A stretch of 64,000 bases of DNA. Origin: Candidatus Micrarchaeota archaeon (GTDB taxonomy: Archaea > Micrarchaeota > Micrarchaeia > Norongarragalinales > Norongarragalinaceae). The notes below the pieces were generated by a model, which worked only from the letters and a program-made list of their open reading frames with translations, was not told where the DNA came from and did no database searches. The position numbers and the translations under genes are program-made. Below are positions 37,593 through 47,121 of this stretch, piece after piece; within the stretch, counting starts at the first letter, position 1; every line of letters starts with the position of its first letter. The stretch lies in contig CAZOKY010000001.1 in the NCBI GenBank assembly GCA_964580705.1, positions 1,224-65,223 on the forward strand, in the 5' to 3' direction.

Positions 37593-38183
37593 TCAGTATT
37601 CCTCGCACTTCAACTGGTAAAACGCGGTCGGGTGATCGCAAGCAGGACACTTCTCCGGAGGCGTCGTGCCGAAGTGCATGTAACCGCACTCGCGGCAAAC
37701 CCACCAAACCGCCTGCGGCTTCTTGAACACCGTACCGTCCGTCACTTGCTTCAGCAGCTTAACGTAACGCTCCTCGTGATGCTTTTCCGCTACGGCAATC
37801 GAACGCATTCGCTTTGCAACGTCGTGAAAACCTTCCGCATCCGCGATTTTCGCGAACTCCGGATACATAGACTCGTGTTCGTGGTGTTCGCCCGCAATCG
37901 CCGCCGCCAAATTCTCTTTAGTCGAACCGAATACCGTCGGAACGCCGACTCCTTCAGCGATTACGATTTCCGCGGCAGTTTCACCCGTTTTCGCCTTTAT
38001 CGCTTGAATCGCTTCAAACAAGCGCTTCGCGTGAGTGCGCTCCTGCTCCGCAGTCTCGAGAAACACTCCCGCAATCTGCTCGAAACCCTCCTTCATTGCG
38101 GCTTTCGCGTAAATAGTGTAACGGTTGCGCGCCTGACTCTCGCCAACGAACGCTTTCGCGAGACACTCTAGCGTCTTATTCAT
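37593..38183 (-). CDS. rbr: rubrerythrin with a C-terminal rubredoxin-like domain
   Basis: Ferritin-like E..H motifs plus CRECG ... CPAC at the C-terminus. Confidence 0.9.
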   Translation of the reverse strand: MNKTLECLAKAFVGESQARNRYTIYAKAAMKEGFEQIAGVFLETAEQERTHAKRLFEAIQAIKAKTGETAAEIVIAEGVGVPTVFGSTKENLAAAIAGEHHEHESMYPEFAKIADAEGFHDVAKRMRSIAVAEKHHEERYVKLLKQVTDGTVFKKPQAVWWVCRECGYMHFGTTPPEKCPACDHPTAFYQLKCEEY

Positions 38184-38247
38184 CGATGCCCACCTCTCAA
38201 CGCAAACTCTTCCTTAAAAGAAGAAAACCGAGTTACGCAGCCGAAGT

Positions 38248-39075
38248 TTAAAAAAACACGGTTACGAGCAACGCGAGCAGAAGCATGTTGCCGAAATCCG
38301 CGATGCTCGTCGTGATTGGAATGAGAAAATTGCTTGGATCCTCGCCTTTACCGAAAAAGTAGAATCCCGCCGCGATGGCGACGAAGAAAAGAACGGTGAC
38401 GAGCAGAACGGCGTCTATCAACGCTATCGCGAAAACCTTGAACGCGACGAGCGCGCTTACGGCAAAACTCGCGCTCGAAATCACGAGAGCCGCGGCTGCG
38501 CCCAGCGTTGCGGTGAATACCGCGAGAAACAAGACTTGCATGAAGAGCTTGTGCAACTCAGCGTTCTTCCACCAACCGCGTTCGCAGCCCCTTACTTTTC
38601 CTTCGTGAAGCATAGTCGAAAAACGAGAGGAAATAATGGAAGCGTAATCCCCGATCATGTCGTTCAACGCGGGCAGGAGGACGACGAGCGGCACTATGGC
38701 AACGAACGCCGCCTTTATGTTTTCGAGCGCGAATCCTCCGAGCGAACTAACTATGGAAGCCAGCAACAGAATCTTGATGCTTTCCTTGATTATGGTTCCA
38801 GCGACGTTCGAGTGGGCGCCGTACTCTTTCACGTAAAAAAGCGTTTTGCGCGACAACTTGTGCTTCGCATGCAAGTCGTGCTGCAGCGGGTGAAAGTGCT
38901 TGCGCGGCAACGCGCGCAGGCGCTCGAGCTTGCGAGGCAAACGCGGCGTAACGACGACGCGCTTGTGCGCGTGCGCTTCGTGAAACACGCGCGCCAACGG
39001 GTTCCCGATTTCCTTCAAACCGGTTTTCCCGTCGTTTTTGTTTTCGGCTTCTTTTTTCCCGTTTTTGTTTTTCAT
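38248..39075 (-). CDS. MgtE-domain divalent-cation transporter, C-terminal half (COG1824/SLC41-like), separate gene
   Basis: PITTSIADFGNMLL-type D..G motif typical of MgtE TM domains. ATGA overlap with the upstream half. Confidence 0.55.
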   Translation of the reverse strand: MKNKNGKKEAENKNDGKTGLKEIGNPLARVFHEAHAHKRVVVTPRLPRKLERLRALPRKHFHPLQHDLHAKHKLSRKTLFYVKEYGAHSNVAGTIIKESIKILLLASIVSSLGGFALENIKAAFVAIVPLVVLLPALNDMIGDYASIISSRFSTMLHEGKVRGCERGWWKNAELHKLFMQVLFLAVFTATLGAAAALVISSASFAVSALVAFKVFAIALIDAVLLVTVLFFVAIAAGFYFFGKGEDPSNFLIPITTSIADFGNMLLLALLVTVFF

Positions 39076-39650
39076 AAAACCGCCAAAGCTATCAGCAACG
39101 CCGCAATGCTGGTGATGTCGCCCGTAGATGAAACGAACGGGCCCATGATGTTGTTCGGGTCATGGCCTTTCTTGAACAAGTAAAGCGTGGCGGCGAGAGT
39201 CAACGGAATCTCTATCGCGTTAGCGATTACGCCCGCCAGCAAGGGAAGGAAAACGATTTTCCAGAATACCTGTTGAAGGAAAAAGTAGTTGAAGGCGAAC
39301 GCAACGACGCCCAGCACGAGGGAAACGAATACGGCGAGAAAGAACGACGCGGCGAGGTTTCCGACGATTATTTTCGACTTGATTTTGTCGGGGTTGATGA
39401 CGCGCAGAAACAAGCCGGAACTCAAGCGCGAAGCGAACGACGAACTGATGTTCCCGCGCATTTCCAGAAAGCCGGGCAAAATAATGAGCATTCCCGGCAG
39501 CAGCAACAATTTATCCGTGTACGCGGCTAGCGCGGCTCCCGCAATGACTCCGCCGGTTAAGGAAACGAGTTGCGACGAAAACATTTCGCGGAAGTCGCGG
39601 TCGAAAAACCGTTTATCGCCCGTTTTGCCCGCATTAAAGCCTGCAGTCAT
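39072..39650 (-). CDS. MgtE-domain divalent-cation transporter, N-terminal half
   Basis: PFVSSTGDITSIAALLIAL motif. Homologous repeat of the downstream gene. Confidence 0.55.
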   Translation of the reverse strand: MTAGFNAGKTGDKRFFDRDFREMFSSQLVSLTGGVIAGAALAAYTDKLLLLPGMLIILPGFLEMRGNISSSFASRLSSGLFLRVINPDKIKSKIIVGNLAASFFLAVFVSLVLGVVAFAFNYFFLQQVFWKIVFLPLLAGVIANAIEIPLTLAATLYLFKKGHDPNNIMGPFVSSTGDITSIAALLIALAVL

Positions 39651-39698
39651 GCGTTCACTATGACGCGAAACGCGGTTTTATTGCTTTCCTCGCTTTCC

Positions 39699-40367
39699 TT
39701 ATTTCCGCTTTTTCTTAATCTCTTTCCGTTCTTTCTTGAACTCAACGTAAGAGAAAACCACGCTGAAAACCGCTACGGCGATTACTGGCGCGATTACGAA
39801 GACGAACATCAAGTCGGGAAAAACGAGTCCGAGCAAAGAAATTATTCCGCACGCCTTGAATAACTTCGCGCCGACGGCGTGAGTGCGGTTCCAAACGCGG
39901 TCGCTACTCATCGTCCACGGCGTTCTAATGCCGACGAACCAGTTGCGCTCCGCGTGTTCCATCAAAACGCCGACGAAGTAAAACAACGCGGCGAAAGCCG
40001 GAACTAAAGCCATATTCAAGCTGAACGAAACGCCGAGGTTCCACGCTAGCGTCAACGCGTAAACGTAAGACATGAAAGCGACGAACAACACGACGAACCA
40101 ATCGTAATATTTTTGGAACGCGGCGTAATTCTTGCGCAACGGGTCGAGCCTAGGCAGAATGAGGAACACGCCGAACAACGCCGTCGTTAAAATCGGAACG
40201 AAGAACACGCCCCAAAACTTGTCCATGTGACCGTCCACTGCGCCGTTCGCGTTCCAGTGGCTCGCCATTCGCTCGGGCATTGACGGGTAAAAGTAAGCCG
40301 CGAGAAGAAACGACGCGACGATTAACGCGAGGCAAACGATGTTGGCGAGCTTCATTTTAAAAATCAC
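39699..40367 (-). CDS. SdpI/YhfL-family (DUF1648) membrane protein
   Basis: PERMASHWNANGAVDGHM matches the P..HWN..G..DG signature. Multiple TM helices. Confidence 0.6.
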   Translation of the reverse strand: MIFKMKLANIVCLALIVASFLLAAYFYPSMPERMASHWNANGAVDGHMDKFWGVFFVPILTTALFGVFLILPRLDPLRKNYAAFQKYYDWFVVLFVAFMSYVYALTLAWNLGVSFSLNMALVPAFAALFYFVGVLMEHAERNWFVGIRTPWTMSSDRVWNRTHAVGAKLFKACGIISLLGLVFPDLMFVFVIAPVIAVAVFSVVFSYVEFKKERKEIKKKRK

Positions 40368-40512
40368 CGTTAGGCGTTACGCGGCGCGAGAATTAAAAAC
40401 CGCGTTCAAACGCTCACGCACCCAACGCCAAGGCGAACGCGCTTGCGCCTGCTCCCCGGCAACACGCGCTTGCGCCCCGCGATTGCGCTCGCTTGAATCG
40501 CTCGCTTGAAAA

Positions 40513-42693
40513 CTAATTCTTCCTGGAAGGCTTCCAGTTCTTCATCAAAGCGCTGTTGGCGGTTACCGCGACGCTCGAGAAAGCCATTGCCGCGCCCGCA
40601 ATCGCGGGGTTAAGCAGGGTTCCGGTGAACGGGTAGAGAACGCCGGCCGCAATCGGGATTCCGATCAAGTTGAACGCGAAAGCCCAAGCGAGGTTTTCCT
40701 TGATTTTCCTTAACACGAAGCTGCTCAACCTAATTGCAGTCACGGCGTCGCGCAAATCGCTTTTCACCAAGACGACGTCGCCCGCCTCGATTGCGACGTC
40801 GGTTCCCGAACCAATCGCTATTCCGACGTCCGCTTGAGCCAACGCGGGCGAATCGTTTATTCCGTCGCCGATCATCGCCACCCTAAAGCCTTTTTTCTTG
40901 AGTGCCTTCACGTGCTTTTCCTTGTCTTGAGGAAGCACGCGCGCGTAAACCAAGTCGATGCCCACTTTCTTCGCTATCGCTTTCGCGGTTTCCTCGTTAT
41001 CGCCCGTAATCATCGCGACCTTGAAACGCATTTTCTTGAATTCGCGAATGGCTTCAGCCGACGTTTCCTTGACCGCGTCCGCAATCGCTATCAAACCAAT
41101 CGCTTTCCCGTCGACTGCTACGAGCACGACCGTGTTCGCCTGCTTCTCCAACTCCAAAAGCGCGTGCGACAACGAAGCATGATTCACCTTGTTCGCTTTC
41201 AGCAACGCCGGGTTCCCCACTAAAACCGTCTTGCCTTTGACTTTCCCTGCAACGCCTTTGCCCGCGACCGATTTGAAGCCGATTGCCTTGCCGACGCCGA
41301 GCTTGCGGTTCCTGGACTCAAGGACCACCGCGTTGGCCAGCGGATGTTCCGAGTGTTTCTCCAACGCAGCGGCCCAAGCAAGCACTTCGTCTTCGCTGAA
41401 ACCGCTTGAAGGAACGATTTTGGTGACTACGGGCTTTCCGATTGTGATGGTGCCCGTCTTATCCAAAACGACGGCGTTCACCGACTCGATTTTCTGGAGC
41501 GCGGCCGAGTTCTTGAACAAAACGCCGTTTTCAGCGCCTAAACCCGAACCCACCATTATCGCGGTCGGCGTGGCGAGCCCAAGCGCGCACGGACAGGCGA
41601 TTATCAAAACCGAAACAAACGCGGTTAACGCGAAATCAAAGCCGCTTCCGGCAACCAGGAACCAGAAGGAAAACACGATTACGGCTATGACGAATACGGC
41701 AGGAACGAACACCGCCGAAACCTTGTCCGCCAACTCTTGAATCGGAGCCTTCGACGACTGCGCTTCCTCAACGAGCTTGATTATTTGCGATAGAAGCGTG
41801 TCTTTCCCGACTTTCGTCGCCTTGAATTTAAGCGAACCCGCTTGATTGATGGTGGCGCCGATTACTAGGTCGCCTTTCTTTTTCTTGACGGGAACGCTTT
41901 CGCCCGTGACCATGGACTCGTCGATGAAACTCTCTCCTTCCACGACTACGCCGTCAACCGGAACCTTGCCGCCGGGCTTCACCAACACGACGTCGCCGAC
42001 TACGACGTCGTCAACGGAAACCTCGATTTCCTTGTTTTTCCTGAACACTACCGCGGTCTTCGATTGCAAGCCCAGCAATTTCTTGATTGCCTGCGACGTC
42101 CTTCCTTTCGCGACCGACTCCAAGTACTTTCCAAGCGAAATGAAAGACAGGATTATCGCTCCCGCTTCGAAGTAAAGGTGCCCGTCGTAGCCGAGCACCA
42201 CCGCAACGGAGTAAAACATAGAGGAACCGACGCCGAGAGTCACGAGGGACTCCATCGTAGGCGAACCCGTTAAAACCGACTTGACTCCCTTGACGAAAAT
42301 CCGTTTGTTCACGAACAGAACGGGGATTACGAGCGCGAATTCAATCCACGCCGCGTTTTCCATGACAAACTCCGGCAACCGGAACAAGTTGAAATCCGCG
42401 AGCATGAACAAGAGCAGCGGAAAACTGAAGACCGCCGACAACAGGAAGCGCTTCCAGTACGCCGCCGACTCATCTTCCTCTTTTTTCGCGTTCGCTTCGC
42501 CCTCGAGCAGTTCCGCATCGAAACCCAAACTGATTATTTTGTCGCGCACCGAATCGAACGACGCATCGCCTTCGATTGAAAGCGTTTCCGAGTCTTCGAA
42601 GCTCGCGCTATGCACGCCTTTCGCTTTCTTCAAGGCGGCCTCGATTTTCCTGGAGTCGGCGCCTGGAGAAGCGCCGTATATCTTGAGCCTCAA
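40513..42693 (-). CDS. copA: copper-translocating P1B-type ATPase (CopA/CopB)
   Basis: CPC, DKTGTIT and GDGINDSPAL motifs. The start is inferred at TTG 42693, which overlaps the copZ TGA (TTGA); track ORF 40513..42861 overlaps copZ by 170 nt. The N-terminal HMA-like domain lacks CxxC (IYGASPGAD). Confidence 0.85.
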   Translation of the reverse strand: MRLKIYGASPGADSRKIEAALKKAKGVHSASFEDSETLSIEGDASFDSVRDKIISLGFDAELLEGEANAKKEEDESAAYWKRFLLSAVFSFPLLLFMLADFNLFRLPEFVMENAAWIEFALVIPVLFVNKRIFVKGVKSVLTGSPTMESLVTLGVGSSMFYSVAVVLGYDGHLYFEAGAIILSFISLGKYLESVAKGRTSQAIKKLLGLQSKTAVVFRKNKEIEVSVDDVVVGDVVLVKPGGKVPVDGVVVEGESFIDESMVTGESVPVKKKKGDLVIGATINQAGSLKFKATKVGKDTLLSQIIKLVEEAQSSKAPIQELADKVSAVFVPAVFVIAVIVFSFWFLVAGSGFDFALTAFVSVLIIACPCALGLATPTAIMVGSGLGAENGVLFKNSAALQKIESVNAVVLDKTGTITIGKPVVTKIVPSSGFSEDEVLAWAAALEKHSEHPLANAVVLESRNRKLGVGKAIGFKSVAGKGVAGKVKGKTVLVGNPALLKANKVNHASLSHALLELEKQANTVVLVAVDGKAIGLIAIADAVKETSAEAIREFKKMRFKVAMITGDNEETAKAIAKKVGIDLVYARVLPQDKEKHVKALKKKGFRVAMIGDGINDSPALAQADVGIAIGSGTDVAIEAGDVVLVKSDLRDAVTAIRLSSFVLRKIKENLAWAFAFNLIGIPIAAGVLYPFTGTLLNPAIAGAAMAFSSVAVTANSALMKNWKPSRKN

Positions 42694-42935
42694 AGTAACT
42701 CGTACCCCGCTTTGCCAACCGCTTGCTTGAGTTGCGGAACGCTCGCCTGCCTCGGGTCGTAATCCACGACGGCCGCGTTGTTCACGGCGTTGACTGAAGC
42801 CGAGGAAACCCCGTTCACTTTCTTCAACGCCTTCTCGACAGCCAAAGCGCACGAAGCGCAAGTCATTCCTTTAACCTTAAAAGACGCTTTCATTTCTTCA
42901 ACCACCTCTTTCTTCAACCGCCACTTTAAACCCAA
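42690..42935 (-). CDS. copZ: copper chaperone CopZ (HMA domain)
   Basis: GMTCASC metal-binding motif; 81 aa. Confidence 0.85.
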   Translation of the reverse strand: MGLKWRLKKEVVEEMKASFKVKGMTCASCALAVEKALKKVNGVSSASVNAVNNAAVVDYDPRQASVPQLKQAVGKAGYELL

Positions 42936-43026
42936 CTGAACCTAACCGCCGTTTGTTTTTCAATACGCTTTATTTTGATTTATTTTGACTTATTTTTCGT
43001 TACTCTTTCAGTCCGTTATTTTCGTT

Positions 43027-43272
43027 TTATTGCCGACTCACCTTATTGCCTCCAACGCGCTCCTTGCTTCCGACGCTTTCACTGCTTCTGGCGCGTTTAA
43101 TTTCCGGCGTTTTGCTCGTGTACTTGGAGTGCTTCGTCCTGCAACCCGCGCAACAATAATCCTTGCTCTCGTCAGCGAGCTCCATGCCGCACAACTTGCA
43201 TCCTTTCCCCGCTGCATCGCTGAAAACCTCTTTGTGGCAAATCGGGCAACTCAAACCGTTCACGCAAACCAC
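43027..43272 (-). CDS. YHS/TRASH-type small metal-binding protein
   Basis: CPIC ... CKLCGMEL (YHS-like CGM motif) ... CCAGC; 81 aa. Confidence 0.55.
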   Translation of the reverse strand: MVCVNGLSCPICHKEVFSDAAGKGCKLCGMELADESKDYCCAGCRTKHSKYTSKTPEIKRARSSESVGSKERVGGNKVSRQ

Positions 43273-43302
43273 CTCGAAATTGTTTCAATTCACTACCGCG
43301 TC

Positions 43303-44103
43303 TTAATTCACGACCGTCGCCTTGTACGTCTTGAAAACGTCGAGCCCAAGAATGTCCGCTTGCGTAGTCTTCGACGAATCGTATTCCACGTCGAAAAAGT
43401 TCGCGAAACGAAACGTGACGCTTCGCACGCCGGGAAGCTTCTTCAACTCCCCGCTGATGAGCGGCGCGTGCCCAGGACACGGAATATCCACTTGCAACGT
43501 CAATTTCGCCAAAACGGTTTGTGTTTGAAGCGCCGCGCCAGCGCCAGAAACGCCTGCGGCGCAAGCCGCGGAAAGCGTTGCTTGCGCGTCTTGCAAACCG
43601 CAAGCGCCCGACTCTGGAGGCTGGTACGCGTCAACTGCGTTGGCTGAAGGAGCGAAAGCGAAGTTCGCCGCCAACGGGAATATCACCATGAACAATAACA
43701 GGTTCACGGCAAGCGTGGAACCGTAAAGCACGCTCAAATACTTCCAACTCCGCTTCGCTCCAGCAGCGGAAAGATGACCGTTCTTGCGCAAGTACAACGC
43801 CGCCGAAAGCGTGGCGAAAACCAGCGACAACGCAATCAAGCCGTAAAAGAAGTACGGATTCAACAGCAAAGGCTTGAAGAACTCGGTTGCGACCGTAACG
43901 CCTAGAATAGACGCCGCAATGAACGCGATGCAACCCGCGTGCGGCACTAACCCGTAAACTATGCCGGAAAGCGCGCCGCTCTTCTTGCCTTCGCCGCCTT
44001 CGCGGCCTTTGCCGTCTTCGTTCTTCGACTTGCAACAGTCAGGCAACTCATCTTCACGCTTTTCAGAACCTTCTTTATTACTCTCTTTCACTTCAGCCAA
44101 CAT
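43303..44103 (-). CDS. Cys-motif membrane protein with a C-terminal HMA-like domain (putative metal-trafficking permease)
   Basis: DCC and HAGC motifs in or next to the TM region. The C-terminal beta-alpha-beta-like domain carries a CPGH motif. Confidence 0.45.
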   Translation of the reverse strand: MLAEVKESNKEGSEKREDELPDCCKSKNEDGKGREGGEGKKSGALSGIVYGLVPHAGCIAFIAASILGVTVATEFFKPLLLNPYFFYGLIALSLVFATLSAALYLRKNGHLSAAGAKRSWKYLSVLYGSTLAVNLLLFMVIFPLAANFAFAPSANAVDAYQPPESGACGLQDAQATLSAACAAGVSGAGAALQTQTVLAKLTLQVDIPCPGHAPLISGELKKLPGVRSVTFRFANFFDVEYDSSKTTQADILGLDVFKTYKATVVN

Positions 44104-44276
44104 TTCTTACCACCCGCGTCCAACGAGCAACCGCACGCAACGCGAAACCGCTTAACGCGGATTCCCGCACGCGCTAACGTCGAACGCGAGATTAACAACC
44201 AGGAAACGGCTTATTACCAATAGCGTGAAACTAGTTTCAGCTCGAAAACCGCTTTCAAACAGGCTTCAAACAGGCT

Positions 44277-44816
44277 TCAAACGGGTTTCAAGACGACGAC
44301 GTTCGTCATCCCGCGCCTGCGGCGCTCGATTAATCCTTTTACTTCAAGCGAGTCGAGAACGCGCGTAACCTTCACTTTACCCAAACTCGTTTTGTCAACG
44401 AGTTCAGACTGCAGCGCTGAACCGCCGCCGTCAATGATTAAGCCTAAAACCGTTTTCTGTTCGTCGTCAAGCTCGCGCATCACCGCCGCGTAATTCTCGC
44501 GCGACGGCTTTTTCGCCGCCGCCTGCGCCGCAGGCTGCTTTATCGTCTTCACGATTACCGACGGGGGTTTGTCGTCGCGCGCGAAGAAAACCAGGTAAAG
44601 CCCGGCAGCGATTACGAGCGCCATGACTGCGAGCCCAACATTCGTTTGGAAATTAAGCGTTCCCCACATGGGGCACGTAGTTCCGTGCGAACACGACGAG
44701 TTAACGATGTCCGTCAACGCGCGATTAAACAAGAAAACTATTAACCCGATGAGCGCGGCTATGGCGATTACGATTAATCCGACAGTCCGATTCCTCACGC
44801 CAACATCACCCGACAA
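44277..44816 (-). CDS. membrane-anchored winged-helix transcriptional regulator with a Cys/His motif (candidate metal sensor)
   Basis: Two TM helices flank CSHGTTCPMWG. The C-terminal wHTH (LVDKTSLGKVKVTRVLDSLEVKGLIERRR) is MarR/TrmB-like. Confidence 0.55.
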   Translation of the reverse strand: MSGDVGVRNRTVGLIVIAIAALIGLIVFLFNRALTDIVNSSCSHGTTCPMWGTLNFQTNVGLAVMALVIAAGLYLVFFARDDKPPSVIVKTIKQPAAQAAAKKPSRENYAAVMRELDDEQKTVLGLIIDGGGSALQSELVDKTSLGKVKVTRVLDSLEVKGLIERRRRGMTNVVVLKPV

Positions 44817-45477
44817 GTTTCAGCAAACCGCTGAAGCGCTTCAAGCGCGGTATTCCCCGCAACTCGCGCGCGCGTTCATTACGCTTCCAGTGAATTAAAA
44901 CAAGCGGCACGCCTACGCGGTGAGCCAAGCGCGCGTCCACGACTGTGTCGCCCACGTAAAGCACTTCGCGCGGCGAAACGCCGAGTTTCTTCAGTATTTT
45001 GCGGAACCCGACTGGCGAAGGTTTCGGAGGCGCGTCGCTCGCCGTAACGACTGCGTCGAACGCGTTGAAACCGATTATTTTTTGCGTGATGCGTACTTCG
45101 TTGCGCGACTGGTTCGTGACGACGGCGAGCTTGAACCCGCGCTTCTTCAACGCGCGAAGCGTTGCGTGCACGCCGGGCATCGGCTTGCCGTACTTCGGAA
45201 GGTAATGGCTGAAGTAAACGCCGTCGCCCCACTTGAACAGTTTAAATGCGAGGCTGCGAGCGTTCTTTTTGCCTGCGACGAACGGCGTAAACCACTCGAC
45301 GCCGTGCATTCCCGCGCGAGTTAAAATCCGTTTCTTCGAAACGCGCACGTTCGCGAAGCGCAGCAGCGCCGTCTGAACGACGCGCGGATAAGCGTCCTCC
45401 GTATCGATGAGGACTCCATCCACGTCGAACACGACTGCCTTTATTTTCTCGGTTTTCTTGATTTTGCCTGCGTTCAT
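44806..45477 (-). CDS. HAD-superfamily hydrolase (subfamily IA)
   Basis: FDVDGVLID motif I, VTNQS motif II and GDTVVD motif IV. Confidence 0.8.
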   Translation of the reverse strand: MNAGKIKKTEKIKAVVFDVDGVLIDTEDAYPRVVQTALLRFANVRVSKKRILTRAGMHGVEWFTPFVAGKKNARSLAFKLFKWGDGVYFSHYLPKYGKPMPGVHATLRALKKRGFKLAVVTNQSRNEVRITQKIIGFNAFDAVVTASDAPPKPSPVGFRKILKKLGVSPREVLYVGDTVVDARLAHRVGVPLVLIHWKRNERARELRGIPRLKRFSGLLKLVG

Positions 45478-45503
45478 GGAATCAACTAAGCGGAAAAAAA
45501 GAG

Positions 45504-45574
45504 TGCGGCCGCCGGGAATCGAACCCGGGTCTCAAGCTTGGAAAGCTCGAATCATACCATTGGACCACGGCCGC
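45504..45574 (-). tRNA. tRNA-Gly (UCC)
   Basis: Hand-folded: GCGGCCG acceptor, anticodon loop UUUCCAA, T-arm CCGGG-UUCGAUU-CCCGG. Confidence 0.8.
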
Positions 45575-45626
45575 GCGAAAACGAGAAACCGAATTAAGTT
45601 TATCGATTGCGGGAAATAAAAACGAG

Positions 45627-45700
45627 TGGGGGAACCGAGATTCGAACTCGGGTCACGACCACCCCAAGGTCGTAGCATTGCCAGGCTAGCCCATTCCCCC
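45627..45700 (-). tRNA. tRNA-Pro (GGG)
   Basis: Hand-folded: GGGGGAA acceptor, anticodon arm CGACC-UUGGGGU-GGUCG, T-arm CCGAG-UUCGAAU-CUCGG. Confidence 0.8.
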
Positions 45701-45728
45701 AAAAAAGCGAGAAACCACTTTTCAAGCG

Positions 45729-46817
45729 TCAAACGCTCGAGAAAGCATTATAGTAAGCTTCATTGTTTTTAACCCATTCGGGAACGCCGCAAGAACGCAA
45801 CGCGCGCTTTCCGAAAGGCAAACCCTGCGAAAGCAGCCAAGAAACAATCGCACGGCTGCAAACCAAGCAACGATAACTACGCGCGCCCGTCTTCGTCGCG
45901 TAAGGAACGCGCAAACCGAATTCTTCCTCAATCACGCCCGCAAAATCGCGCAGCAGTTTTTCCGAAGACGAAACCACGTAAAACTGTTTTCCGTTGCGGA
46001 TAACGTTTCCGTAACGCATGACGTAAGCCAGCAACTTCGCCAAATTCGCGTTCAGTTGAACGGGAATCTCAACGCGCCATTTTTCAGGTTGTTTTTCGGC
46101 GTCAAAACGAAAATCGTTAAACCACAAAGCGTTTTTGTAACCAAGAGGTGCTACAGAATGCGTTTCAGCGACCTTGCGCAACAAGCTGTTTTTCACTGCA
46201 TCACAACCGAAATCGACTTCTCGCTCGAAAGCAGGCAACGACTTGGTTCGAATAAGGAAACTCAACGCCGCCGTGGTTTTACCATCTTTCCTCAGGTTTC
46301 CAGGTTGAAGCCAAGTTCGAGAAGTCGCCACGCCGAATGTTCGTAGCATTTCCTTCAAGTCTTCAACGAAAGCGATTCCTCCGTCAAGCAATTCCTCGCT
46401 CTTGAAAACCTTGAAGCCGACGCTGAAAGAATAGGCATTGCTTTTCTTCGAAATCCAACCCTCGCATTGAAAAGCAGTCGCGAGGTAAGCACGGGAAAAC
46501 GCTCGATTTTCTTTGATCCAACGCGGGACTCGAAAAACGCAAAGCATTTTGTCTCCTTTCGGCGCCCCTGCTTCGAACAACAACCTGCTGACCCGCACGC
46601 TGTTAAAACGGCACTTGAAACTCGTTCCGAAACCAGTGCCTTTCGCGTAACTAGATTTCAAATCGAACTTATTTTTTACCAACGCCTCGAAGTCTTTCAA
46701 CGCTTGCCAGTCGGCAGAAGACAGGTAGAAGTGAGAAAGATTTTTACTTAAGTGGCCGTCGAACGTCACGTAACTAATTATTCGCGCCAAATCAGCGTCA
46801 AAAAAAGTAGAGTTCAC
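45729..46817 (-). CDS. LAGLIDADG-like (double-motif) homing-endonuclease-family protein, free-standing
   Basis: ARIISYVTFDGHLS and AYLATAFQCEGWIS resemble the two LAGLIDADG helices. A possible degenerate third repeat (LLAYVMRYGNVI). 362 aa; immediately 3' of two tRNA genes. Confidence 0.4.
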   Translation of the reverse strand: MNSTFFDADLARIISYVTFDGHLSKNLSHFYLSSADWQALKDFEALVKNKFDLKSSYAKGTGFGTSFKCRFNSVRVSRLLFEAGAPKGDKMLCVFRVPRWIKENRAFSRAYLATAFQCEGWISKKSNAYSFSVGFKVFKSEELLDGGIAFVEDLKEMLRTFGVATSRTWLQPGNLRKDGKTTAALSFLIRTKSLPAFEREVDFGCDAVKNSLLRKVAETHSVAPLGYKNALWFNDFRFDAEKQPEKWRVEIPVQLNANLAKLLAYVMRYGNVIRNGKQFYVVSSSEKLLRDFAGVIEEEFGLRVPYATKTGARSYRCLVCSRAIVSWLLSQGLPFGKRALRSCGVPEWVKNNEAYYNAFSSV

Positions 46818-46874
46818 GCTAAATAAAAACTAAACGCGAATTAAAAGCGCGACGGAGGTTCGCTTCCAGTGAAC

Positions 46875-47072
46875 TCAGTAGCGCTTGAACGGAATCAAGT
46901 CTTCCACGAAATCCACTTGCGCCACGAACATCCGGCGGCAACAGTAACGCTTGATTCCGAGGTCGTCGAGAATCTTTTCCGGTTTTTCCCCGGCTTTCAC
47001 GCGAGTCTGGTAATCGTCGTAAAACTCGGCTACGGGAAAACCGCAACTCCAACAACGAACCGGAATCAACAT
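46875..47072 (-). CDS. rpoN: DNA-directed RNA polymerase subunit N (Rpb10)
   Basis: MLIPVRCWSCG ... LGIKRYCCRRM. Confidence 0.9.
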   Translation of the reverse strand: MLIPVRCWSCGFPVAEFYDDYQTRVKAGEKPEKILDDLGIKRYCCRRMFVAQVDFVEDLIPFKRY

Positions 47073-47121
47073 TCAACGTCACCTGCACGCTTTTACCTGC
47101 TAACTTTAACCTGAAAAATGT

